A DNA stretch of 64,000 nucleotides from Rhizodiscina lignyota. Taxonomy: Eukaryota. Below are positions 1 to 11,800 of the stretch, one piece after another. The notes under the pieces were generated by a model. It saw only the letters and a list, made by a program, of their open reading frames with translations, was not told the origin of the DNA and made no database searches. A program made the position numbers and the translations under genes. The stretch lies in assembly GCA_010015805.1 (NCBI GenBank), contig ML978124.1:744001-808000 (forward strand), read 5' to 3'. The first letter of the stretch is position 1, and every line of letters begins with the position of its first letter.

Positions 1-12
1 ATCCTCGCAATC

Positions 13-616
13 ATGATTCAGCTAAAGGTGCGTACAGCCGAGGGGCTATCACACTGCGCGGCATGTGCATCCTGACGGCGCGTTCTAGACTATGGTCAAC
101 TGCATCGACAACTCCGGCGCTGCAATCGTGGAGTGCATCCAAGTCCTTCGCGCGAAGCGACCGGCAAAAATTGGTACGGTCTATTCTTTCTTTTAGCCGG
201 AGTGTGACAGCTCACATTATCCCATTGCTGTGATGGTAGCTGTCACTCCGCCATCCCCCTCAAGGCAAATCGTTTATCGAAGCCCCCAGCTAATCCTCGT
301 CACAGGCGACCGCATCGTCGTAGTCGTCCAAAAACAGCGCAACTTCGGCGCTGAAGCCTCTAAGCATGCCGGATCATCAGTCAGCGCCGGTAACAAAGTT
401 CGTCGCGGTGACATTCGGCACGCAGTAGTCGTCCGGACGGCCAAGGAATACCAGAGACCCGATGGAAGCGTGGTCAAGTTCGATGACAATGCGTGCGTGC
501 TGGTCAACAAGGCAGGCGAACCGATTGGGACAAGAGTCAGTGGGATAGTGGGAGCAGAACTGCGCAAAAGAGGCATTTGGGGGAAGATTCTGAGTTTAGC
601 CCCGATGCATATATAA
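13..616 (+). CDS. MRPL38: Mitochondrial large ribosomal subunit protein uL14m (3 exons: 13-27, 89-173, 306-616)
   Basis: Spliced product [22 protein letters not shown]...GDRIVVVVQ...AVVVRT...[20 protein letters not shown]...KILSLAP carries uL14 signature motifs; GT-AG introns with branch points. Confidence 0.95.
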
Positions 617-962
617 TAGGGCCGTCCTTCACGCAGCGAGTGATATAGGCGCGGAAGGCATTGCATTCTGAGCAGGCATTTCAAGGCGTTTAAAAGATGG
701 CACTTGGAATCGGATCGCAGTGGTTCGCATTTGACGGTGTTGTTATTGTACAATAAAGAAAAGACATGTGCATTTGCCCGTCCTCCACCTCCATTTTTGT
801 AAAAGGAAAATCGCACCTTGAAAGCCGTCGACACATAAAGTCATCAAAAGCCAAAGTTCCGCACAGAAAGGAAAGAAAAGAATCTCAGCGCCATTCGCTA
901 TGCAATCGTGTGATCGAGTCGCCGTCGCGTCGAAATCGTAGCTTCGAAGTGGCAGGTGAAAC

Positions 963-1996
963 CTATTGCCACACATGTCCACAAGAAGTGCAGACAAAAT
1001 AGAGTTTCTGACGCAGTGTTACTGTCGCAGATCCCAAAAGTCGTAAAAGTAAGGAAACAAACCATTCCTGTCTCTGCTGTTCGCTGCTGAGACTGGAAAA
1101 AGACGGCATCGTGCTCCTGGCAGGAAGGACATCGAATGTTTTGTCGGGGAAGCTGTGCAAACACGATTAGTCAGCTCTGAGCTTCACAATGAAGGGAAAC
1201 TCAGCGCTGAAAGCGTGGAATTTGAAAGAGCCAAAGCAAGTGTTGTGTTGTCCGTGACTCAAGCCGTAGGCTTGTCGTTGGGCTGATCGGTAGATTCGGC
1301 TTCGACCATCTCCTCTTCCTCGTCACAGTCGTCATAGTTGTCATCTTCACCGTAGTCCAAGTGGGCATCTTCACCGTAGTCCAAGTGGGCATATCCAAGG
1401 GTGCTGGCAACGTAGTCATCCGTCGTCTGCGCCTCGCCCATCTCAATGTCCTCGTCCTCGACTTCCAAGAAGCAGCCATAGTCGGTAGGCGCCTCTCCAC
1501 ACTTCTCGCAGAAGATCAATTCGCCGCACATTGTGCAGACGTCCGGAACACGCGACGGGGGAGAAGGAGAGCGGGCGAGCTCGGAGGAGGTGGCGGCAGA
1601 TTCGGCCATGGGCGACGCGGCAGGGTCCAGAAGCTCAAGCTGGGAAAGATGCGAAGAGGTTTCATGAACGGGTATACCAACCGTTGGGTCTTGTCCAATG
1701 TCCTGAGTGATGCCGGCAGTCGCTCCAACAGCGTTGGACATTTGGTTGCGGTAAACACAAGAGCTAGGAGCCACTTCGTCCCAGCGACAGGTGCGGCATT
1801 CGAATCGAAGCTCGTTGGTGTCACGGTTCTCCTTTGGATAGAGCAAGTTGGAACTGCGAGAGAAGTAACTATCTTTGACACGCGACTGTTTAGTTAGTTA
1901 AGAGTCAAGTGCAACCTACCATTCGCGACAGAAGCGGAACGTGATCTTCTTTGGCTGTTCCACAGCAGCGTCGGAGGGCGCTGGCGACGCAGACAT
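963..1996 (-). CDS. RPB9: RNA polymerase II subunit Rpb9 (4 exons: 1996-1920, 1853-1682, 1152-1063, 1007-963)
   Basis: Spliced product ITFRFCRECSNLLYPKE...CRTC...QDIGQDPT|LPRQNIRCPSCQEHDAVFFQSQQRTAETGM|KLYFVCTSCGHVWQ has both Rpb9 zinc ribbons. Confidence 0.95.
1342..1392. repeat. Perfect 24-bp tandem duplication inside RPB9 intron 2
   Basis: catcttcaccgtagtccaagtggg occurs twice; it reads AHLDYGED x2 in the intron-retained frame. Confidence 0.9.
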
Positions 1997-2179
1997 GGTT
2001 GCGGTTGCAGATGCGAACGTCGTGAGCGAGAGATGTGTGTAGGAAGAGGGGAAGTGCTGTGGATGAGTTGTGTTGACAGCGAGATCGATCGTGAGGTGGA
2101 TTAAAGAAAGTTGGAGAAGGAAGCAGGGTCCAGCCCTCTTTAGAAGTTTAGGCGCGCAGGCGGCAGCCGCGCCCCACCA

Positions 2180-2193
2180 GCTTCGCGCGAAGC
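2180..2193. promoter_or_regulatory. Perfect 14-bp palindrome in the RPB9/ESS1 divergent intergenic region
   Basis: gcttcgcgcgaagc is self-complementary and lies near the middle of the ~440-bp gap; its function is inferred only. Confidence 0.35.
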
Positions 2194-2435
2194 GGCGCTA
2201 GTGGTGTTGTTTGTTGATTGGCTCGCTTCACCCGGTGAAAGAGGTTGGAGCTCACCTCCAACCGTCATAAGGCCCCATCACGCGTGCGCTCGCTCGTTCA
2301 CCAAGCAACCGTCACTGTAATTCACTTGGCCACTGCCGCGTCGTCACCACTCTTCCTCGCTGGCAGACAGTATCTCTGCCAGCAACACCCTCTCTTCGCT
2401 CAAAGTCAAGTTCTCCGGAGAGTTGCACGAGCGCC

Positions 2436-3226
2436 ATGGTTCGTATTCAGCTTCACCGTGCAACCGCTGTGTTTTGCTAATAATCTATTTCTATTGGGAA
2501 CAGTCTGTTGCAGAGTCTGGCCTCCCTCCAGGCTGGGAAGTGCGCCACTCGAACTCGAAGAACCTTCCTTATTACTTCCACCCCGACAGCAAAGAATCGC
2601 GTTGGGAGCCTCCAGATGGCTCTGATCCGGACAAGCTCAAGATCTACATGGCCAACTACCACAGCTCATCGGGTATCAACCGTGCTCCTGTAGATGGTCG
2701 CGAGGGCAAGATCCGTTGCGCGCATCTTCTCGTCAAGCACCGCGAGAGCCGCCGACCAGCAAGCTGGAGAGAGGCGAAAATCACACGCCAGAAGCAGGAG
2801 GCTATGAGCATCATTCTTGGTCATGAACAACGTATTAGGAGTGGAGAGACGAGCCTTGGTGATCTTGCTGTGTCAGAAAGCGACTGCAGCAGTGCGAGGA
2901 AACGTGGAGATCTGTACGTGCAGCGAGCGACTACCGTCTGAGAGAATATGTCGAGACCAATGGACAGAAGTAGCTGACGAGCAATGTTTCTACAGGGGCT
3001 TCTTCGGCAAAGGCGACATGCAGAAGGAATTCGAGGATGCAGCATTCGCGTTGCAGCCTGGAGAAGTGAGCCATGTCGTCGAGACAGCTTCTGGCCTGCA
3101 TTTGATTGAGAGGTATGTGCAGTTGCACAAGTCCGTTCGCCCTGCACGACGCAGCTCAGCAACGCCTCCAGCTTCTACGCAGTCTGAGCAGACACCAACT
3201 AACTATGCGTATATAGGCTCGAGTGA
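2436..3226 (+). CDS. ESS1: Parvulin-type peptidyl-prolyl isomerase Ess1/Pin1 (WW + PPIase; exons 2436-2438, 2504-2913, 2996-3112, 3217-3226)
   Basis: WW domain [20 protein letters not shown]...SRWEPP; rotamase motifs [56 protein letters not shown]. Confidence 0.95.
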
Positions 3227-4388
3227 GGCCACAAAGCATCTTCCTTCAATACCGAAAACGAATGAAGCTTCACTTTAGCCCACGCTTGTTGCAGAAGGAT
3301 CCTGAGCATATGAAAGGACATCGACTAAAAAACCGGTGGCAGTGACGTTGTAGATGATGAGAAAATGAAGGTTCATACGAATGCAATTCGTTCCGGTATT
3401 TAGCTCCGTATTGGCATCTCATACGATTGCATACTGCAGCAGATACAAGCTTTCTCAATCTCTAGCTGAACTAATGGCAGACGAGGTGGAGCGAGCGCGA
3501 CATGGCTAACTCGTGTGTTCATTGCACCAAAATTGGATCTTCAAGTAGCCGTGGATATTGTAAATTTTGACCACCGCGGCAACAACTGTGTGTCATCACA
3601 TCAGAGCAACATCTCCCAGGCAAGTCGCTCAAGATCAAATTTCCAGTTTATAAACTTGGCTGTGGCGAGCTCGACCGGACTTGAATCTCTTCGTCATTGA
3701 TGGACTTTTGTTGAGGTGCTCATCGTGTTTGCTTTTTTCCGCCTGGGTTCGTCCCCGAACCCAGCCCCCTTTTAGAAGTGCAAGCCCGACTTACTCGATT
3801 TGCTTTACCAAATTCCGCGCTTAGGTGATTGCGTAATGCTCTTTCGCGTGTTGTTTTGCGGCAGGAGCGTATCTCAATCGTTGTCTACCTCCGGAATGCA
3901 CTCTCTGACGATCAGGGTCACGAGGCTCTTGTTTCCAAGCTCTACAGGACTTCCAGCCACCAAAAAGTCTTGCTTCAACTGATACCTTGAGCTTCTCCTC
4001 GTCTCCGATTTCACCTTCTCAGCCAAGTAACTCCCTCTGTTTGTCGGCTCCCGCATTTATTTACAGCCGGCATATTCCGTTCCAATCGAGCAGTTCACTT
4101 CTCAAATGCATCCATTCTAGAATCCCATAAACTACTGGAATTCTGTCTCCTTCGTGTCTGAATTGGCTTTTTCTTTCTCCTGCTACCCCTGCGGCTTGTT
4201 CTGCTTTGGTATCGTCTCCACTTCCTCTCTGTATTCAGAGAATATGCACCAGGATTCTTTTGCTCTCTAATTAGATCCGAAGAGTCCTCGCTCCTGATAG
4301 CTGATGCTGGACTTTTACGGACTTTTGCTGAGCAGGCCACTCTAAGACGGGCTCATCGCTATTCGTTCTCTCTTTGCATCTCTGCGAA

Positions 4389-5522
4389 ATGCCATCTCCA
4401 CAACCTCGGTTTTCTGGCGTTGCAACGCGTAGACATCGTCGTGGGCGGTACTCACCCCACCATCCCTCGTCCCCACCAACAGCAGGCCTCGCCACTTACG
4501 GTGGATATCGCACTCCATGTCCTTCGGATGTCGACGCTTTCAGCTACCGTCCAACATGCCTGAAAGACTGGTCCATGCCAGAGACCCAATGGGATGTTCT
4601 CCCCCTTGTTCTTCAAGGCGAAATTGCTAAACTGCAGCATGCGGGAGCAGCGGTGTTGACTGGCTTCTCGAGACTCGAAGAGATGGACTGGCCATTCGGC
4701 TCGCAAGCTGATATCTCCGGCGAAGTTGAAAAATCCACTAGCCAAGAGCACCAGGTTTCCATTCAGGGAGATCTCGACTTGTATTCTGACAGAGTCGCCT
4801 CGCTTCCACTGGATGACATCTCAGTCGCTCGTTTACAAGCTCCACCGCCAAGGTTGACCCGGAAGGATGAAGGGACGAGTTCCTTAGGGAAAGGGATCAG
4901 ATCGTCACTCTCTTCGCTGCAGGACAGACTTGGAGAGGATTCACCACCGGCGTCGCTTAGAACACGAGAGACGTCGTTGAGCCGCCGGCCCTCTAATAAT
5001 CCACCCATGACGGCGCCAGTCTCCCCGAGCTCTCCAATTGATCTATGGTCCCTCAAGCCCGTAAACCGCAACGGTTTCCAAACACATCCTAGTTCACGAG
5101 TTCAATCTCCCTATCTTTCGCCATCGCCTTCGTTCCTCCTTCCGTTGGGATTCCATGTAACGTCCATCCCCCCTCTGACGCCCGGGAGCTCTCGCGCCGC
5201 CTCGCCTACGAAAGACTCCCGACCTGTGCTCGAGCCGCAAACTCCAACATACTACCTTGCAGAGCTCTCCCATCTCCGTTCCGATGCGCTTGTCCGCCTC
5301 CGTCACGCCGTGCGCCGCGTTGACATTGAGTGGGCGGAGATGCAGCGCATCCAGCTCCGCGACTGTGATGTTGGAAGTAAGAGCACCAGCAGCAGCGGCG
5401 GAATGGATCGAGAGGAGTGCCTGGCGTTTGAGCAGTGGTGGGAAGGGAAGAGAGCTCTGGCTGGAGCACTGGAAGAGAAGTGCATCCGGCTTGTGAGTGA
5501 GGTCAGGGAGATTCTGGAGTAG
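4389..5522 (+). CDS. Hypothetical protein with a Ser/Pro-rich middle and predicted helical N- and C-terminal blocks
   Basis: Long single ORF with first ATG at 4389 and protein-like composition; no family recognised with certainty. Confidence 0.75.
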   Translation: MPSPQPRFSGVATRRHRRGRYSPHHPSSPPTAGLATYGGYRTPCPSDVDAFSYRPTCLKDWSMPETQWDVLPLVLQGEIAKLQHAGAAVLTGFSRLEEMDWPFGSQADISGEVEKSTSQEHQVSIQGDLDLYSDRVASLPLDDISVARLQAPPPRLTRKDEGTSSLGKGIRSSLSSLQDRLGEDSPPASLRTRETSLSRRPSNNPPMTAPVSPSSPIDLWSLKPVNRNGFQTHPSSRVQSPYLSPSPSFLLPLGFHVTSIPPLTPGSSRAASPTKDSRPVLEPQTPTYYLAELSHLRSDALVRLRHAVRRVDIEWAEMQRIQLRDCDVGSKSTSSSGGMDREECLAFEQWWEGKRALAGALEEKCIRLVSEVREILE

Positions 5523-6870
5523 GGAGATGTGGATCAAAGCGAAGAGGGTTGACTCCTGGATCGGAGTGTCTTCGCTGGCCGAAGGAATGCCAGCATGTCT
5601 AGTAGAATCACTTCAGAGCAACCTGAATCATAGCGAATTGAGAATGCTAGCTCTTTAATCCTCGAAGTCAACGAGTACACTACAGACATCTCGCATGTCA
5701 GGTTCCTTAGAAGTGCGCGCAGCCATCAATGAACGAATTTGGCGAGGGCGAAGAGATTCCAACCACATTCTCTTTGTTGTTCGAGGTTCGGCTACCACTT
5801 TGCGCTAAACAAACAGGGGTTCAGAATTGCCCAAAGCAGTGTATTTTACAGCCCGATCGGGCCTCCTCGAGATTGCATCACAGGACTGTTTAAGAGGCCT
5901 TCCTCATCTTGAATTATAATGATAGTCAACTGAGTTGGGTGATAGCTTAGTTTTCATCCATGGCAGCCAGTAATTTCTTTAAAACTTGCAGCTGCAAGTC
6001 GAAAAGGAAGCTCATGCGACCCTTTCATAGCTTTTCATGATTAAACTCCCCTAAACCCTCGCAACATTTGGAGTTTGGAGCAAATCTAGACGATTTGGTT
6101 GGCGAACCTGTACAGGTTAGGGGTGTGCTTTTTCCTTACACTGGCGAGAAGGCGAAGACAGGCCGAGGAGACGCCACGCGGCTCAGACAAGAACCAGCCC
6201 CTAACAAATGGCAAATACACGCCTCCTCCGTATCTTGCAAGTTCTTTGCAAGGTCCTCCTTGCATACTGCTCGCGATACGCCTATGCAGCAATTTGGCGC
6301 CTCTCCGGCGGCTGCCTGCAGCTGGGAGCCCCTCCTCAGAACCGTCGGTGCACCGCCCTCCGTCAAAAGGGAACGTTATAAGCAAATCACAATTTTTTGA
6401 ATTAAGTTCGTTGAAGCGGTGCAAACTCAATAAACATATGCTAAACTCCATTGGAACCACCTTTCAGTGATGCCCCTCGCCTTTGTTGAAGAGAAAAACT
6501 CGCGATCCTGCATCCCGTTCAGTTTCATGCAGCTCACCGGTGAACCTCCTCACCCTCGGTGGGTTTTACTGGGCCAGCTGCTAGCCGGCTACCTTAATCA
6601 GGGGGCGCAATGGCTGCATGGCATATGCAGTCGATCTTCACTCAGCCTGCCAGTTTGCCTTCTCATTTGTTGCCTTCCACTCTTCCTAGACGATTGTGCT
6701 GTTGTTCGCCTTTGGTCGCCCATCCTTTGACAGTTCGCATATGTGATCGCTCACATTTGCGCCGCCAACTGGCATTCGGGGTGTGAGAGCGCCATCTGCA
6801 CTTTATGCAGCTCCCCACGGGATACAAGCATGACGGTACTCCGTAGATCCAGCATCTCCAGTAATCACAA

Positions 6871-6987
6871 GTCTCACAAGTGTCTGTCTCGGGAAAACCG
6901 TCGACCCTCATCTACCAAGTTCTTCGTCTCACAGGTGTCTGTCTCGGGAAAACCCTCATTCCTCATCTTGGTACCAGTTCTTCGCCT
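6871..6987. repeat. Degenerate ~55-bp tandem duplication upstream of the 7060 gene
   Basis: gtctcaca(a/g)gtgtctgtctcgggaaaacc at 6871 and 6926, each followed by cctcatct...agttcttcg. Confidence 0.85.
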
Positions 6988-7059
6988 ACAAAAGAGCCTT
7001 CGTTGCTTTACCAAGGCAGCGATTGCGTTGCGTAACAGATCAACCGAACGACACGCACC

Positions 7060-8573
7060 ATGCATCACTCGGACGGCTTCGGCGTGGAAGCTGGCGAGCT
7101 TCAGTTATTCAGTGACAGAGACGCGAGGCAGCAAAAGCTGATCGAACGCAAGGTTTCGACCCGAGATTCGCAGGGCAAGAGTACGATGAGATGTGAGGTG
7201 ACCGGAGTGGCAGAGCGATATATGACGATCAACGTTTATCGCAGACTGCAGCCCAATGAGAGCACGGTGTTGAAGGCAACACTCTCCGCCCGTAATGCCG
7301 AAACGACTTTCAATCGATCTTTTATTCTATTCTGTGAATGGCCACAACAATTTGATGAAGGAAGACCAAGGCTCGCTGATGGGTCTTTCCTACCCGATGG
7401 CCCCATTGAGTACTGCTTCCGCCTTATGCTGGGGCAGCCAGACGACAATTTTCGAAGGGAAGTCAAGCTGAACAAGCATTCTTGTGGCATGTATATAACG
7501 CCCCCTTTTAAGTCGATGTGAGTGCTAATTGTTGCCCAGTTATCTTTTGGGATAACAATGCCAGACAAACACCCTTTGCAAACGAAGGGGACATAATCGA
7601 ATTCGACGAATTTAGACTAACACTACAACCTGTCGCAATTGATGGCATTACTACCCGGGAACTGACGAGTACAAATGAGGTTAACGATATTTTGAGGTGC
7701 TCAAAAGAAATACAGGAGAGAACACAATTGGTCGCTGCAGTGTCAGTCCGCATCTCTATCGTAGTCTGATCCTGTCTGATTTGCTACAGCCATATAAGCG
7801 CCTTCCCCCCGAAAAAGGAGGAAATTGAGCGGAAGGCAAAGAAGCTGTCCGGTGCAGAGGGTAAAGCCTATCATTTTATTTTCCGTATTTGTGATAACAG
7901 TACGTACCATCCAAAGTCGTGGGGCATACTGCTTTCTAATAAAGGAGTAATTATTATAGCAGGTGCGGGCTCATCGAAGCCACGGGCGAAAGGATCTCAG
8001 AGCCGGAGTAGACCGGACAGAGTATCAAAGGTTAGCTCTCGCATTCATCGAGAAGCTAGCCATCCATATGCGGCGAGCAGCCCGTCGTCTGTGTCGCACG
8101 GCGGCCGAGATCTGTCCGAAGCCTATCCGCGAACGCCCTCGTCCCAGAGGACTACAATGCGTACACCGACAAGACGTTCTAAGGGTGCGGCGGGAACCAG
8201 AGTGCAGCGTTTGCCTCAGACACTATCGGAAGACAATAACGACGATGCAAGCTTATACGCTTCCCCTCCTCCTCGAAATCGAGCCGTTCAGGGGCCTCCA
8301 GCCACCGCCTCTCCAGAGGTGGTAGACTTGGCCGACGAAGAGTTTGCTGCCAATGGAGAACAGGAAGCGCAGGCCAAGACAGAGGAAACAACTAATGGCG
8401 AAGCTGACGACATTGAAATCGAACTGCGGAGCATTAGACGCCGAGAAGAGGCGTTACTGAGAAAACGGCAGATTGAGAAGAGGAAGAGAGATGAAGCGGA
8501 TGAGCAGTGCAAAGTAATGCAGGCAGAGCTGCTTGAGCTCAACCGAAGGAGGGAGGTGCTATACATGAAGTAG
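7060..8573 (+). CDS. Hypothetical multi-exon protein with a C-terminal coiled-coil-like acidic/basic tail
   Basis: ORFs 7060-7521, 7518-7769 and 8091-8573 join in frame through introns at about 7518-7564, 7740-7789 and 7861-7962; the second donor is uncertain. Confidence 0.6.
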
Positions 8574-8871
8574 CTCACCCTTCAGCATTCTTGGAGTTAT
8601 TCGCTCTTTCAGCACTCTTTGAGTTACTCATTCCTCAGGCGAAGCTCGGCAAAGAGCTCAGTCAGGGACACATGTCTGTACAAGCCTTGCTTCCATTCTT
8701 CAGCGTTATCAGCTCGATCTGGTTTCAGGTTAGAAGGTCAAAGTAGTTCTGTGAGCTTCAAAGAAAGCCCCAGATGCTCAAACAGCTGGAGGCGCTCGTG
8801 CCAATCTAATCAAACAATATCCAAATATTCTTGTAAATTTTCGTCATATATATACAAACTTTCATTAAAAA

Positions 8872-11800
8872 TTAAATAAATAAGTACGTCCCCAGAATAA
8901 GGCCCAAAGCCAATCGCAATGCAGCCGTGGGGGCTCTCAGCCCTTTAGCATTGTTGCTTGATGATGTTGCAGCAGGAGAGCCTTGAGTCGGCGTCGCACT
9001 TGCACTTGGCCGCTGTGTTGAAGAGGATGGCAGATCTCCGTGTGCTATGCCGCTCATGATGAGGGACGCAATGGCGTCCCCATTCGCCGTACTACTCGGA
9101 GGTAGCGAGAATGTAGAGCCGTCAATGACTACCGTTCGGCTCGAGCCGACTGACAACGTGTGGCCATCAAGAGTCGTCTCCGATCCAGGTTTAATGGTAA
9201 CTGTTCCAATTATCAAATCGCCGAATCCGTCAGTCGTGATCTTGTCAGAACCGATCTGAAGGGCTGTTCCGGTCGCCTCAACAACTTGTCCAGACGAAGG
9301 GATAGCAAAAGTGTGTCCTTGAATTACCACGCTCCCGTCACTGAGAACAGATATTGAGGTCCCATCGATCTGTGTGCCTTCTCCGGGTTTAAGCGTCTTT
9401 GAATTGGCAACCACATCGCCATTTGAACCTGCTGTGATTGGCGTACCGCCAGCCAGTATTGCTCCCGCAGTTACGGCCGCCGGCGTCAGAAAGACTCCAT
9501 TTGAGATAGGAATAGTCTCGTGGCCGACGACGAGTTCACTACTCCCTAGAGAGATTTTAGTTCCGTCTACTGTGAGAGCTGACTCTTGAGATAACGTCAA
9601 CGATCCGCCGACCAAGACTTCACCTGAGTGAGGACCATTGGTGATCGGAACCACATCCTGCGCCCCGAGCGTGATTTTGGACAGTGTACTTTGCGTTTCC
9701 AAGTCGCTGAACGCCACAGTGCTTGTTCCATCGCTTCCAGCTATGATGATGTTGTTGGAAGTCCCGATTGAGATTGTAGTACTCGAACCCAAAGTGAGTC
9801 CTGGCCCGCCAGATGAAATTGTGCTGTGATCGACGACCAAGGTATTCGAACCAACCGGCGTAAGCAATTGTCCTCCGATATTCACTGGACTACGAATGGC
9901 TTCAGCAGGGATTGTGCTACTGACTCCCCCACTCTCCACGACCACGCTTCCGGAGGGATTTACAGAGATTGTAGTTTTTCCAGAGATGACCGCAGGCGCC
10001 TGGCCAGGCGCCGCAGTCAAGCCCGATCCTGCTATCGAGATTCCACCCGATGCGCTGCCAGTGCTGATTGGTATTAAACTCTGGCCACCAACCGAGACTC
10101 CGGTGTTTGTCGCTTGAGGGAGACCAAGCGTGCTAGAACCGACAACCAAGTTCGAAGATCCCACAGAAACTACGACACTGCTGCCACCTTGATTTCCTGC
10201 ATTTGTTCCACCCCCACCTGCCCCAGTTTGTCCAATTGAGATCGTGGCTGGCGGGCCCCCGGGGCTTAAGGTTTGTGAACCGATAACTACACTGTTTCCA
10301 GAAATTGGAGTCGCAGTGACTCCTCCTATTGACGTTATGGCCGCAGGGGTTCCTGAATTGCCTGAGCTAGAACCCCCAGCGTTTTCTGAATCGCCGGGTG
10401 AGCCTGAACTCTCCGAGCCTGGGCTGTTTGACCCCGGAATGTCCGAGCCAGAAGATCCAGAACTGGGTGGCGTTGGGTTTGAGCTGCTCGATGATCCTGG
10501 GGTATCCTTTGAGGCAGAATTGGCGTCACCTCCAGAAGGAATTGGGTTTGAGCCGCTCAATGACCCTGGGGCATTATTCGAACCAGGATTGGCATCATTT
10601 CCAGAAGGAGTTGGGTTTGAACCGCTCGATGGCCCTGGCGCATTATTCGAACTAGAACTGTCCCCATCATTCCCAGAAGGCGTTGGGTTTGAGCCGCTCG
10701 AAGGCCCTGGTGCATTATTGGCAGAGCTCGACCCACCAATGGTTGAAGGAGGCGGAGATGATGAGCCTGGGCCCGAACTTGAGCCTCCACTCCCCCCGCC
10801 GTTGCTGTTTCCTCCACTTCCTTCAACGCTACTAGAAGCAGGCGGAGCTGGGCGCGTGGAAGGTGCCTGACTGGGCCGTGTTGTGCTCTCGGGTTCTGCA
10901 GTAGGTGAGGATGTTGGTGGTGGTGGTGATGATGAGGAGTCGGTGGGAGCTGCAAGAACGCCGGCGCTTTGGAGGGCCGTGGGCGGGTCTCGGACCCCGT
11001 TAAAGAAGGGAATACAAGTAGACCAATCAAAGAGACTCGTCACTTCGGTTGGAAAAGCTAAGAGCGGAACACACGTCGTGTTAAAGATGAACTGTCCACT
11101 TGTTGGAGTGGCTGGACAATTGGCAAGCGACGATAGCGCGAAAGGCTTAGTGGCCGACGTCCTGTATTTGTCAGAATCGTAATTCGCTCATCAGACGCGT
11201 AGTTCTTTGAAATACCCGTCTTCGGTGGCGTTTGGCGGCCTAAAAAGGATGGAGACTTGTCCGGCAGGAAGGGATAGGATAGCCGTAGTTCCGATGGCGT
11301 TTGGGTTTGGATTACAGAGATCGCTTGTATAAATATTGTCAAAAGACCAATACACGCTCGGCGAGAAGAATTCTCTGCCAGAAAGCGAGGTTGACGAGAC
11401 GGGAGGGTTTGGACCCGGTGTAGGCCAGTAGAACAGTCGTACCTATGTATAGAGTAAGCCTAAATCACGAACTTGACGCGAGGCCTCCCAACATTGTCAG
11501 CGTTGATAGTGCACTGCGAGCAACATGGCGGGGAAGCCTAGATATGATAAATTAGCCGTTCGGTCTTACTAATGAGAAAGTATGATTCTTGCCGTAAAAG
11601 AGAACCCATCCGTAAAAGAGGTGGTTTCCGCAGTTGTCTGCAAGGAGCCTCCCGTTAAAGTACTCGTAACTGTAAAGACTTGTGTTGTTTCGGTTGGGGT
11701 GAATGCCACGATGTCTGAAATATACTGGTTGGTACAGACAGAATATAGTGACGTGCTGCCCTGCGAGAAAAAGCTGGAATATTGGAGGCAAGCAGCTTGA

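Noticed and set aside
5775..5800. tRNA-like GTTCGA...CCA segment
   Set aside because: No cloverleaf, acceptor stem or A-box could be formed.
6871..6987. CRISPR-like repeat-spacer appearance
   Set aside because: There are only two units, the 'spacers' are similar to each other, the context is eukaryotic and no cas genes are present.
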